NCBI RefSeq assembly: GCF_006345805.1
Contig: NC_043021.1
Coordinates: forward strand, 26,412,001 to 26,476,000
Direction: 5' to 3'
DNA: 64,000 nucleotides
Source: Octopus sinensis
Lineage: Eukaryota
The notes under the pieces were generated by a model. That model saw nothing but the letters and a program-made list of their open reading frames with translations. It was not told the DNA's origin and did not search any database. Below are positions 29,171 to 42,442 of the stretch, in pieces. How positions within the stretch are numbered: the first letter of the stretch is position 1; the number at the start of each line of letters is the position of its first letter. Position numbers and translations under genes: made by a program.

Positions 29171-29190
<20 letters not shown>
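28290..29190. repeat. Tandem duplication, period 448 bp, containing a SINE A fragment
   Basis: ttagcagagatacccggcc occurs at 28381 and 28829, and the downstream sequence is essentially identical. Confidence 0.93.
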
Positions 29191-29214
<24 letters not shown>

Positions 29215-29220
29215 TATATA

Positions 29221-31042
29221 TCATCATCATCGTTTAACGTCCGCTTTCCATGCTAGCATGGGTTGGACGGTTTGACTGAGGGCTGGCAAGCCAGAAGGCT
29301 GCACCAGGCTCTAGTCTGATCTGGCAAAGTTTCTACAGCTGGATGCCCTTCCTAACACCAATCACTCCAAGAGTGTAGTGGGTGCTTTTACGTGCCACCA
29401 GCACAAGGGCCAGTCAGGCGGTACTGGCATCAGCCAGGCTCAAATGGTGCTTTTTATGTGCCACCTGAATAGGAGCCAGTCTGGTGCTGCCACAAGCACA
29501 GGAGCCAGTCAGGCAAAGCTGGCAATGATCATGCTCGAATGGTGCTTTTAACGTTCCACTAGCACAGGTGCCAATCAGGCAGTACTGTCATCGGCCATGA
29601 CAACAATTTTACTTGCCTCAAGCGTAGTTTATTGTTCAATGACTGAAGGGGACTCTTAAATGGGCTGGTTATACAGCACCGGCATCAGCTATGACTACAA
29701 TCTCACTTGGTTTGTCGGATCTTCTCAAGCACAGCATATCTCCAAAGGTCTCTGTCACATGTCATTGCCTCGGTGACGTCCAATGTTTGAAGGTCATGCT
29801 TCACCACCTCATCTCAGGTTTTCTTGGGCCTATCTCTTCCACAAGTTCCTTCAACCGCTAGGGTGTGGCATTTTTTCACACAGCTGTCCTCCATTTACAC
29901 CACATGACCATACCAGCGAAGTCGTCTCTCTTACACACCACATCTGATGCTTCTTAGGCCCAACTTTTCTCTCAGGGTGTTTACACTCTGTCGTGTATGC
30001 ACACTGACATTACACATCTAGTGGAGCATACTGGCTTCCTTCCTTGGAGGCTTACGCATGTCCTCAGCATTCACAGCCCATGTTTCACTGCCATGTAGCA
30101 TGGCTGTTCGTACACATGCAACATACGGTCTATCTTTTACTCTGAGTGAGAGGCCCTTTGTCACCAGCAGAGGTAAGAGCTCTCTGAACTTTGCCCAGGC
30201 TATTCTTATTCTAGCAGCTACACTTTCAGCGCACCCTCCTCTGCTACTGACTTGGTCACCTAGGTAATGGAAGCTATCAACTACTTCTAGTTTTTCCTCC
30301 TAGAATGTGATGGAAGCTGTTCTCTATACATTTTCAGTGTTTATTGTTCCTGATCATCTGCCACACACAAAACTATCTTCCCAGTTAACCTTATGTGTCC
30401 AAAGTTTACACTGGGTGCATCTTATGGCGTTTCTACCTACACCTTTTCTACAGATCAAGCAGGGCCATCTACCAGAATGGATTTGTGTTTTGTCTGCCTT
30501 CCTACTTATTAGGACTTTGGTTTTAGCTAGGTTGACTCTAAGGCCCTTTGATTCTAGACCTTGCTTCCACACCTGAAACTTCTCCCCTAGTTCTGATAGT
30601 GACTCAGCAATTAGAGCAAGGTCATCAGCATAGAGGAGCTCCCAGGGGCATCCTGTCTTGAATTCCTCTGTTATTGCCTTGAGGACAATGATGAATAAAA
30701 GGGGGCTGAGGACTGATCCTTGGTGGACTCCTACCCCTACCTGGAATTCTTCACAGCACTCGTTGTCAACCCTTACCTTACTGACAGCATCCCTGTACAT
30801 GGCTTGCACAGCTCTCACCAGCCATTCATCTATCCCTAGTTTCCTCATTGACCACCAGATAAGGGATCAGGGGGTCAAAGGCTTTCTGCAAGTCAACAAA
30901 AGCCAGGTACAGAGGTTTATCTTTGGCTAGGTATTTCTCCTGCAGCTGTCTTACCAGAAATATATCAGCGGTGGTGCTTTTCCCTGGCACAAACCCAAAC
31001 TGCATCTCAACTAGACTGACTCTCTCCTTAATTAGTTGGGCT
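29221..31042 (-). mobile_element. 5'-truncated RTE-clade LINE (RT pseudogene, 3' UTR, (GAT)n tail)
   Basis: GVHQGSVLSPLLF, LLYADDLAL and GLRVNLAKTKVL; upstream MQFGFVPGKSTTADIFLVRQLQEKYL; frameshifted. Confidence 0.93.
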
Positions 31043-31408
31043 TACTAACCACATGGTTTCAGGTTCAGTCCCATTGCATGGCACCTTGGGCAAGTGTCTT
31101 CTACTATAGCCTCAGGCCAATGAAAGCCTTGTGATTGGATTTGATAGATGGAAACTGAAACAAGCCTGTCATATGTGTATGTATGTGTATATATATATAT
31201 ATGTTTTTGTGTCTGTGTTTGTCCCCCCACCATCGCTTGACAACCGATGTTGCTGTGTTTACGTCCCTGTAACTTAGTGGTTCAACAAGAAAGACTGATA
31301 AAATAAGTATGGGGCTTACAAAGAATAAGTCCTGGAGTCAATTTGTTTGACTAAAGACGGTGGTCCAGCATGGTTGCGGTCAAATGACTGAAACAGATAA
31401 AAGAATAA
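31043..31408 (+). mobile_element. SINE family A abutting the RTE LINE
   Basis: Homologous to the reverse complement of 1612-2006. Confidence 0.88.
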
Positions 31409-31425
31409 AAAATATATCCATTTAT

Positions 31426-34400
31426 CAGTGGCAGATCTACCATAAAACTAACGAAGTTTAAGCCTCGGGGACCCTAATCCTAGTGGGGTCCCGCTGAAGC
31501 AACTTAATTTTTTCATTCTATCAATTTTGGGGGATTTTGTATTTTGCCAAGCAGATTACAGTTACCAGTCTTAGAGGACGTCATCTCATACAGTCTAACA
31601 GTTGCTTCTGCTGATGTGGAATGGCATAAAAAATAAAAGTACAAATGACTCGCAGATAATTCGCTTTCCTTGAATTATTTTGGAAACTTCAGCCCTGCCC
31701 CTCCTATTGTCATGTATGTCTACTACTATATCAGCATAGTAGAGATAAGAATTCTTATTTTCACACCATTATTTCATGACTAATGAAAGGGTCAGCCTCC
31801 TAATTTTGGACTTGCAATCTGTTCAGTAACAAAGCATTTTTTCTACTTTAAAAACTGCTTGAATTCCACCTTGTATAAAATGAACAATTTTTCATTTATG
31901 ACTATATATTAAGTTGTGGACCCTTATCTTGACTGATCTCTGTCTCGCTGTGGCTAATGAAAGTATTACCCCAATTTTTTTCCAGAAATCCAGGCCCCAA
32001 GAGGAATAGTAATGTCTTCAAGGAGGTACAAGAAACACCAACTCAAGGAAAAGCAATCTAACGAAATTTCTAAATGTCAAAAACTATCAAACTATTTTAC
32101 AATGTCAAGTAAAAGTTTGTCATCACCTGGAAGTGAAACAAACTATGAAAGCACCAGTGAAGTCACTGAGAGGGCACAAACCATGAGGGCTCTGTTGACA
32201 CTTTTGGTGAAGATGATGATCACAGTGGTCAAGAACTTCGAGAAAAGAGGGAACAGAAACAGGGAGCCAATTCAGTGATTTCAAAGAACCCAGTCACCTG
32301 ACAAGCTGGCCTGTAACAATTGATAATGGTTCCATACAAAACTGTTTAATGCAAGACATCAGTTTTTCGCAAAATAAAAAACCAGATCATCTATAGACTG
32401 AATCCAATTAGATCTACAAAGAACAAAATCAAAGTTTCTCAAACAAGTCCTTTGGAAAAAGATTGAAAAACGGTCAGACTGTGACGAGATCCTGATTAGT
32501 TTACTCAAAGAGCAAACTCTTTTCTAAATGCCAAATATCACTTACAACAGGTCGGCTTTCTGATTGGATGAATATACTCAGAACTCTAGAAAATCACGAT
32601 GACCGCATGGAACATAAAAGGGTGATGCTGAGCTGGCTAATACGAAAGTCAAACGAAAACTCTGTGGATCAGCAACTTGAGGAAGAGTTGGGAAAAAATA
32701 TGCAGAACTATTTTGAAGGACTAAAAAGAGTTGTAGCAGTTCTAAAGTTTTTAAGTGAAAGAGGTTTAGCATTTAGAGGTCATGAGGAAGAGTGGGGCTC
32801 TCCAAACAATGGAAATTTCATGGGGGCAGGTATCGAGCCTATTGCAGAGTTTGACCCATTTTTACATGAACACTTAGAGAAATGTAAAAATGAAACAGTA
32901 AATATTACTTACCTATCCAAATCTGTGTCTGAAGAGTTGATAGAAACCATGGGGAAAACATGGGAAAGATGAAGTGGTGAGTCAGATCAACAACCTAGAC
33001 ATCAAATACTACTCAATTGTTGTTGACTCTACACCTGACATGACACATGTTGACCAGCGAGCAATTGGGGTTCGATACTGTTGTAATGGAAAACCCTATG
33101 AGAGATTTTTAGCATTTTTGTCAATAGAAAAACATTCAGCCATGATCTTATTCTACAAAATAATAATTTCTTGGGGAGCATAAGCTTTCACTTGAAAATA
33201 TCCATGGTCAGCCGTATGATAATGCTTCCAATATGAAGGGCTCAGATAAAGGGCTACAAGCACTTCTTAAAAACATTAACAGGCATGCAGACTATGTACC
33301 ATGTGCAAGCCATTCACTCAACCTTGTTTGGTAAAAGACAATGTCTGCTCTACCTGAGCATGTTGACTATTTTGGCATCCTGCAGCAGCTGTAGGTTTTC
33401 TTTTCTCAATCTCCTCGAAGATGGGGGATTTTGAATACACGGGGCAATCTAGCCTTTTCTCTAACTAGAAGCAGTCTGGGCAATTAAAAATGGATATAGG
33501 GATATTTTACAAACTCTCAAACATATGTTTGATGACTCAGAAGAAAAGCCTGAATGTAAGCGAGATGCAAAGAATTTATGCCACAAGTTGGTAAAATTGG
33601 AATATGCTGTTTTAATAGTCGCTTGGGAAGAAGTTATGGAATGTTTTAACAGAACAAGTAAGAAACTCCAAACCCTGGTTCTGATGTATTTGAAGGCTAC
33701 CTTCTGCTAGCATCTTTGCTCACATTTGTTAAAAGAACTACGAGAAAGTTCAGCCGACAGGATTTCACACCATGAATCAGAAACAAAAGGTTTCTGTGAA
33801 TATATCACTGCAAATTATTCTGATTGTTTCCAAATGCATTTTGCAGATGGAACAAGTGTTAGGGCTTTTTTGAAAGGGGCTGAAAAATTTAGGATAGAAG
33901 TTCTAAGTCAAGTCTATGTCTACTTGAGAATCCAGTCAAGCAAGAGGATGGACCCAAATGAGCAGATTGCGAAGAGATTCAAGTTTCTCTCAGAATTGAT
34001 GAACAATTCAGAATTTGATGAGAACAATATCAAACTTATAATATCGAATTACAAAGATGATATTGATCACAAATTGATAAATGAGTGTTACCTGTTCAAA
34101 GAGTATTTACACCTTAAGAAATCCCGGAATGCAGAAGAAAACACATCATCTAAAATGCAATGCACAGAGGTTCTTCAGCGTATTTATGAGCAGCAGTTAA
34201 TTGAAGTGTCCCCTAATATTAGCACTGCACTTAAGCTGTACTTGACAATACCTATCATGAGCTGTGAAGCAGAAAGGAGTTCCTCAAAGCTTTCCTTTGT
34301 TAAGAATAAATTTTGGTCTACCATGACTGAAGGGCACTGAAATTCCTTATGCGTATTGGCTTATTGTCTCTAGAAAACGACATTGCAAGGAAGCGGTCGT

Positions 34401-34800
34401 ATGATAAGACTGTTGCCACAAAAACAGAAAAAAAGAGTATTTTGTAATTTTCACATGTATCCTAATGATGCATCACACATGTATATAACGCTTCCCTAAT
34501 TTTCAACCTCCATAACTCTAAAAGTATAAGGCATAGCCTGGAAAATATTTGTAGTGATCTGCCATGGAACAACCACATCGACAAACATATCGGTAATTAC
34601 CCACACCTCATTTCTGGTGGAAAGAGGACTCCACATCACAACTCCACCATTTGGGCTATCAGGGCCTCAAGCTGGAGTTCCTTGCAAGGGTACAAAAATT
34701 CTTTGACCCTTGTTGGATGTTACCCTGCTGTTGCTTGTTGTAAAAGGGGCCTCCATAACATTTTAAGCTTCAGGGCCCCAATATTGCAGATCTGCCACTG
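31426..34800 (+). mobile_element. Full-length hAT DNA transposon (defective)
   Basis: 13 bp TIRs CAGTGGCAGATCT and AGATCTGCCACTG; imperfect 8 bp TSD ccatttat/ccatccat. Confidence 0.93.
32012..34445 (+). pseudogene. hAT transposase pseudogene (ZMYM1-like/DUF4371 type)
   Basis: FLSERGLAFRGH..GSPNNGNF, YYSIVVDSTPDMTHVDQ, YDNASNMKG and IPIMSCEAERSSSKL, with multiple stops and frameshifts. Confidence 0.9.
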
Positions 34801-34859
34801 CCATCCATATCTATATCTATATATATCCATCTTTTTTTCTCTCCTTGTTTTTTCTGTCC

Positions 34860-34895
34860 CTTTCTGTAGAAGAGCGTAGGCTCGAAATGTAAAAG
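34860..34895 (+). ncRNA. Minimal hammerhead-like motif, A6U core variant
   Basis: cttt-CTGTAGA-a-gagc(gtag)gctc-GAA-ATGT-A-aaag, within a dispersed repeat at ~34830-34990. Confidence 0.55.
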
Positions 34896-35959
34896 ACTTT
34901 TTTCTATTCCTGAGCATTATACTAATACATCTGTTTGTTTTGTACACCACCTGTCTTCGTCTTTTGTTTTTTTTTCGTAAACTTTCCCTATATATATATA
35001 TATATATATATATATTATCAGTATTTAGCAGAAGCAACAGTGTAACCCAAGGTCTAATAGTTTCCTACGTTGGCACTTTGGTAAGTGAATGAACTTCTTT
35101 AAGTTTTTGTCAGCTCACAAGACTTTGATCAATCCAAATGCTATGGTATAAGACACTTGTCCAAGGTGATTTGTTGTGGAACTGAACCCAAAACCATGTG
35201 GTTGGGAAGTGAAATTCTTAACTACACAACCATGTTTTGCACCCACCAGCTGCATATAAATATATAAATATGTTACTCTACACCACTGATCACAATGCGC
35301 TTCTTCACATTGTTGTAGCTTTCAAATGATACCTCCACCCTCCCCCACTGGCTAGACAGTTCATCATGGAGATGAACTCATGACGAACCATCATCAAAGA
35401 CGTTTTCTCAAGAACGTAATGCACCTCCTGGTCTGGGAATTGAAACCACAATCTTGGACAGTGAGTGCAACACCCAAACCACTAGGTCACACACACATAC
35501 AAACGTAATGTATGCATGTGTGTGTGTGCATGCTCTGCTAACAGTTGGGTGTGTCACACCTCACTCTACAATTAAGCTTCTCCAAAAATCACCAATGTTG
35601 TCAACAAATTATCAGCTAGCATTGTGCCTATGAAGACATGTGGAACATGGCGTCCCCCATTTGAAAAGCAGGGGTTACTGACAACACATGCATCCAGCTG
35701 TACTACGATGCTTCAATAATGTATGCAGCTAACCCATGCTAGCATGGAGAAAACGGACATAAAAACCAACATATGTATGTGTTTGTGTGTATGTATGTAT
35801 ATATATTACATACACACACATTATAAATATACATAAATGATTAGTTACATATATTTATACACATATATTAATATATATATTATACATACATATAAGTTTG
35901 AGTATGTATGCATAGATATACACACACACACTCCTACACATTTATAAACACTCCCAACA

Positions 35960-36991
35960 GATATACACATACACATATATATATATATATATATATATAT
36001 CATATATGTATGTATATATCACTAGCTATTGGATGAATGTAGTGCATAAATGTTTAATAGAGATATGCCTGAATTTAATGTTTCCAGTGCCCTCGTGTTG
36101 TGAGATTGTGTATAATATATATATATACATATATATACATATACATATATATATAATATATATATATAACATATATACATATATATAGATATATATATAT
36201 ATACATATATACATACTATATATATATATACACATATATATATATATATAATATATACATATATACATATATAATATATATACATACATATATATATATT
36301 ATATATACATATATACATATATATACATATATACCATATATATACATATATATATATATTACATATATACATATATATATATCATATATATATATATATA
36401 TATATAGATATATATATATATATATACATATATAATATATATATTACATATATACATATATATATATATATACACATATATATATATATATATCTATATA
36501 TATATATACACACACATATATACATACATATTATATATATATACACATATATATACATATATACATACATATATATATATACACATATATATATATACAC
36601 ATATATATATACATACATATATATATATACACATATATATATACATATATACATACATATATATATATACACATATATATATACATATATACATAATATA
36701 TATATATATACAATATATATATATATACAATATATATATATATACCATATATATATATATATACACATATATATATTATACATATATATTACACATATAT
36801 ATATATATACATATATATACATATATATATATATATTATATATATATATATATATACATATATATATTATACATATATATATATACATATATATATATAT
36901 ACATATATATATACATATATATATACATATATATATACATATATATATATACATATATATATACATATATATATATATACATATATATATC

Positions 36992-37023
<32 letters not shown>

Positions 37024-37075
37024 TACACACACACACATACATATACGTATACACACACACACACACACACATATA
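35960..37075. repeat. (TA)n/(TACA)n microsatellite field
   Basis: Direct inspection. Confidence 0.97.
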
Positions 37076-37550
37076 GATAGGTATGTTTGTGTGTGTGTGT
37101 GATTTGTACTTCCTACCAAGTGACTAAACGGTTGATAAAACTGACCAGTCGTGTTGACCGGTTCAATCATATGTAGATATGTGTATATATGCCTCAATTT
37201 AGCAGGTTATTATTTTGTCTTTGAGTATATCTGTAATTATACGGCATTGCTATTATAATGACGGGCATCTCGTGGATGTAAAAGAGGGGAAGAAAGACTG
37301 TGTAGGGTGTGTCAACCCCTGAATAATAGAGAGAGGGAAATCCATCCCAGACCAACACAAACAAAACAGAGGGACGTTAAGGTCAGATGCCAAACGTAGG
37401 TGGACAATCGAGATAAATAAAGCAAAGAGGGGAGGATTACGGCCGAAATGATGATGACCATAACAAACGAGTCGACTAATTAATACTAATAACGATGATG
37501 ATGATCAACATCGGAGATTGGAACATTTGTGTAAGTTGAAGAGCACTTAC

Positions 37551-38200
37551 CTCTTGGAGGAGGAATAAATGGTGTTTTTCCGTTTTGCTAGATTTAGATA
37601 ATTAGGTTCTCCTTTATCGTTAAGTTCCTTTCAGATCGCTCGGCTTTTATATAAGAGCCGAAACAAACAAATTTCCTCAGACTTTTCATAAGATTCCTCT
37701 CCTCTCGATCGTCGCCGTCGTCGTCGTCAGGAAATTATTCCAAAACCAGCAGCAGCAGCAGCAGCAGCAGCAACAACTGCTGATCTACCATTCACTGTTC
37801 GTTTTTTACGAACCTACATTCTCTATATATTCTCTCAAATAAAGGAATAGCAGAATTATACGAACTTGTCACGTTTTCGGATTCTTTTAATTCCTTCGTG
37901 TTTTTTTCTATTATTACGGACACTTTGCATTTAATTTCCTTTTTGTTCTTCTGTCTTCTTTCTATTTTGCTTTCGGAAATTTCGTATCAATAGCGTGTGT
38001 GTTTGTATATATATATAGACACACGGTCCTGCTAACTTAATCTCCCTGCTCCGTTATTTCGCCCAACGTTATTAAAACTTTGGTTACGAAATTCCGCACT
38101 TACGGAAGTTTTCAATGTATTACCCACGGTCCGTAATTTCACCCTCACTCGGGAATATTTATACAATTTTAAGGACTAAAATCACGATAAGTATATCGGG
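37551..38200 (-). promoter_or_regulatory. Candidate promoter and non-coding first exon of a minus-strand gene
   Basis: Consensus donor AAGAG|GTAAGT at 37551/37550; CpG-retaining, transposon-free sequence with (CAG)n and (GTC)n tracts; only a 31-codon ORF. The upstream boundary is a guess. Confidence 0.5.
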
Positions 38201-38864
38201 AAAATATTTTTAGAAAAAAAAATTGTATCTAATAAAAAAAAAATGCAAAACATCAAAGTTTACAAAAGTATTTGGAGAATAATAGAAAAAATTAAGTCGT
38301 AAAAAGAAATAAACAACAAAAAAAAAACCCCTGCCGCTACATTCTGTAGTAAAATGTTTCCTTATTAGTTAAGTTGGTACAACAAATAGACTAAATGGAA
38401 AGAGCAAATAAATCCTAATTAATTTTAATTACGTATGGGGTGAGGAGAGAAAAAATAATTAGTTTAATTAATAGTTCTGGAAAAGAAAGGCAGGGGAGAC
38501 AACCCTGAAAACATTATTTTAATTATAAATAGAATGCTCTTTTGTTTTTATCATTGGACTGTGGCCATGCTGGGGCTACTACTGTCAAGGTTTAAATGAA
38601 CGAACCAAAACCAGGATATTTTTATTTCTTTTTTTTTAATTATGGTATTTATTTTATCAGTTTCTTTAACTAAACTGCTAAGTAGCAGGGATGTAAACAA
38701 ACCAACGCTGTCCAGTGGCCGGGGAGGGGCAAACACAAAGATATGCATGTGCATACATCCATATATACATTCATTATATACATATATGCATGTATGTATA
38801 TACATATGTATATACACGTGTATGTATGGATGGATGGATGGATGGATGGATGTATCTATCTATA

Positions 38865-39050
38865 AATACTTTATTATAAAAGCTGCAAAAACATCACACA
38901 AAAGCTGCTACTCAGAGTTCCCCATTCTCATTCATTGGACAGTTGTGTGATGTTTTTTGCAGCTTTTAATAATCAAGCATATTACTCTACCTCTGGTATT
39001 TGAGTACTATTTTTTCCCACCTTGTTTCGCAATTATGTGCTTACTCTCGA
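38865..39050. mobile_element. Penelope-like insert with short hairpin and decayed hammerhead
   Basis: Arms 38874-38900 and 38944-38972; same family as 60441-60675. Confidence 0.7.
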
Positions 39051-39769
39051 ATATATAGCATGGAATGGGAAATCCTGAAAAAGATACTCTGTGATGAAGG
39101 AGGCAGTATCTAATTTTCAAAATGAAAACACCCTTAAAAATCTATGGATTACTGGTACCCCTGAAACGACCATAAGAGGATTACCATCAACATCTTACCT
39201 TAACATTACTTATTCTCTTGGATTATCTACGAATGTTTTTTGAAAATATTCCAGCCTCAATGCTATGATGTTCTTTTATTCGCTCTTCGGAAGACTTTTA
39301 TTTTATTAACCTTTTTGTCAGGCCATTCTTTTATTCTTCCTGATTTTTACAATGTCGTTCTCACCTATTTACACTCATCAATTTACATATTTATATTAGA
39401 TTTTTATATATTTGTATATTCATGAATTTTTAATATTTTAACGACCGATGCATTAGTATATTTTAACGACTGATATACATCGATCTATGGCAGGATATAT
39501 GTATAAATAAATTGTCGAACCTTTCTGAAATTCTCTTTAACATTTTTTTATACAGCAGGACTGAACCTGAAACCACATGGTTGCAAAGGGAACTCCTTTA
39601 CTACGCAGTAATACAGTATGGAACAGGTTGAAAGGGTTTTGAGGGTGGCAGCACAGTAACAACTCCAGTCATGTTTCAGTTTTATTAGACTTCATCAGCA
39701 TTGTACAGTCTTTACCTGGCTAATATCACAGGGAAAATATAGGTGCTCCAGTAAACACTGAAATGGTAC

Positions 39770-40082
39770 ATCAGGTGTGACGTCAAGGGTTCCAGTTGAT
39801 CCAATCAATGGAACAGCCTGCTCGCAAACTTAATGTACAAGTGGCTGAGAACTCCACAGACACCTGTACCCTTAATGTAGTTCTTGGCAAGATTCAGCAT
39901 GGCACAGACTGTGACAAGCTGGCCCTTTTTGAATTACTGGTACTACTCATTTTTGCCAACTGGGTGGAGTGGAGCAATGTGAAATAAAGTGTCTCGTTTA
40001 AGGGTGCAATGCGTTGCCAGGAATTGAACTGATGACCTAACGATCATGAGCCGAATGCCCTAACCACTACGCCATGCACCTT
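39770..40082 (-). mobile_element. tRNA-derived SINE related to family B
   Basis: Shares gggttcc.gttgatcc.aatcaa...gtggctgag.actccacagacac with 3819-4212; head tgaaggtgcatggcgtagtggttagggc. Confidence 0.82.
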
Positions 40083-41069
40083 CATTCTGAATGGCAAGAC
40101 AATTTGAAATAAGAATCAGGGGGAAACTTCTATGGACACGCTCTGCCAAAAATAACCAGAGATATTCTTTGTAGATATTGCCATAGGTATGCTCTATGCC
40201 AGTCACAGGTAAACTGCAGCTCTGAAAGGCATGCCTAATGGAAAATTACCTTCAAGGTTTTTAGTAATGCTGCCCACCTGATGTTGGACCATGGGAACTG
40301 CTTCTGAAAATTGTTTTACCTGATGAGTAAAAATAGTCAGAGACTTGCCCTGCATGAGAGCCAACAGTTACTTCCCTTGCGTCTCTTGAGCAGAATTGAT
40401 TATCCTCAGCATCGTTATTTCAAATATCTCTTTTTATGCTGTCATGAGTTGGTTGTATCTGAAATATGCATTTCATTTTTGGGAGTGGGTTCCCTAAAAT
40501 CTAATTCAACCATTTTCTCTGTTTTCTTCAATCTTCCATGATTAACATACAACATTTTTCACACAAAATAAATTCACATCTCGTATCCATGCCAACACAG
40601 TAACTTCTCTGGCTTTCAAGTTTTCTCACCAACCTGCCCGAGACAGCCCCTGGTTCTAATGATTCAGACTTTTTCTTTTAAAATGATTAAAATTTTTAGA
40701 AAAAAACTTTCCATTGATATTTCAGGTTGATTTCTGTTCCAAAAAACTTACAAATGACAAAGATATTTTATCAAATTCTTCTTTATTTCAAAACTGATTG
40801 AAACAAACACAGTGTATTTCAGCTGGTAACAAAAGGTTCAATACCCAGCTGTTCTTATAATTCAGTCATGCTCCTCTGAGTTAGACATGAAACCAAGTCT
40901 GTGTCACAGATTCTGTTCCTTGTGAACCCTTTTTCAACCTGTCTGAGACTGTTCCTGCTTCTCTGATGATCACTTCCTCTTTCACTTCAGGTTACTCATT
41001 CAAATGTAATAATTAATTCTTCACTTTGGATTGAATTAATCAAGTACCATCTCAATGACGGGACTCCCT

Positions 41070-41440
41070 TTTACACGTTTCAGTCATTTTACTGCAGCCA
41101 TGCTGGAGCACGGCCTTTAGTTGAAGAAATCAACCACAGGACTTATTCTTTGTAAGCCTAGTACCTATTCTATCAGTCTCTTTTGCTGAACTGCTAAGTT
41201 TCAGGGACATAAACATACCAACATGGGTTGTCAAGCGATGGTGGGAGAACAAACACAAAGACACACACACACACACATACATGACAAGCTTCTTTCAGTT
41301 TCTGTCTACCAAATCCACTCAGAGAGCTTTGGTCGGCCCAGAGCTATAGTAGAAGACACTTGCTCAAGGTGCCATGCAGTGGGACTGAACCCAGAACCAT
41401 GTAGTTAAGAAGCAAGCTTCTTACCACACAGCCACACCCG
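41070..41440 (-). mobile_element. SINE family A
   Basis: Full-length homology to 1612-2006. Confidence 0.88.
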
Positions 41441-41808
41441 TGACTGCTTATTTTTAAAATGGCAATTTAAGGAGGAATATTTGAGCTGGTTTTGGCCAGT
41501 TTAAATGTTAAAGAGTCAAAGTGATCGAAGCACCTTCCATCAAAATTCCATCCAATTTTCTTTTCAAACACGATTTTCATAATTGTAAAGTTATTTTACA
41601 AGATTCTTCATTTATTTTCGAAATTAATTGAGTCTTTAGTTTGTTTGTTTAATCTCCTTCTCTTGCTGTTCTCAGTGCCAGGTAAGCTGTTAGGTTGCAG
41701 ACATTGACAATAACCTCGTTACAATTCATAAGAGATGAGGAGGAAGTATTTACATCATTTACATTATTTACATTTGACGCATATTTGTCCTCATCTTGTT
41801 TGTTATTA

Positions 41809-41852
41809 ACACAACGTTTCGGCTGGTATACACTCCAGCTTTCATCAGGTAT
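41809..41852 (-). ncRNA. Minimal type-I hammerhead ribozyme motif
   Basis: atac-CTGATGA-aa-gctgg(agtgtata)ccagc-c-GAA-ACGT-T-gtgt. Confidence 0.7.
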
Positions 41853-41918
41853 CTTTGGGAAATTTCGAACCTGGGTTCTCATTCCTAAGGTATTTTTCGA
41901 TGTTATTATTATTATTAT

Positions 41919-42399
41919 GTTTTTTCCTTCTTTCTTCAAATTTTCTTCCGTTTCTCGTCGAGTGTTTTCCATACACCTAGGGCAGAGAAGGGCATTGTAT
42001 GCATTCCTAGATTACACGCGCAAATTCAAAGATAAAATATGTATTTAAAAATTAATAACTAAATAAATTCATGGATGGATGTTGTTTTCACAGCGATAGT
42101 GCTCTTCTCAGTACATGAGCTGTTCCAGTTAATATGATTTTTTGCACTTCCTGTAGGGATGGTGAGCCTGGAATCATTTTCAAATAGGTTTCAGTACCTT
42201 TTTTTATCATTACTAGAGATCCTACAATCACTGGTACTGTAGTCGCCTTGAGATGCCACATTTTTTTCAATTTCCATTTATATTTACTAATCTTGTCAAA
42301 TTCTTTCGCCGCTATATTGTGATCACAGGGAATACTCATGTCAATTAATAAACACATCCTTTTTGTCTGATCTTTTATAATAATATCCGGTTTATTGGC

Positions 42400-42402
<3 letters not shown>
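41919..42402 (-). mobile_element. 5'-truncated R4/Dong-like LINE inserted in (TAA)n
   Basis: ANKPDIIIKD..CLLIDMSIPCDHNI..K.FDKISKY..VPVIVGSL..LQEVQKIILTGTAHVLRRAL (PD-D/ExK endonuclease C-terminus); TTA repeats on both sides. Confidence 0.88.

Positions 42403-42442
<40 letters not shown>

Noticed and set aside
39665-39705. Minus-strand CTGATGA...GAAAC hammerhead candidate (similar case near 26200-26240)
   Set aside because: Stem I does not pair, and in the 39665 case U16.1 is also missing.
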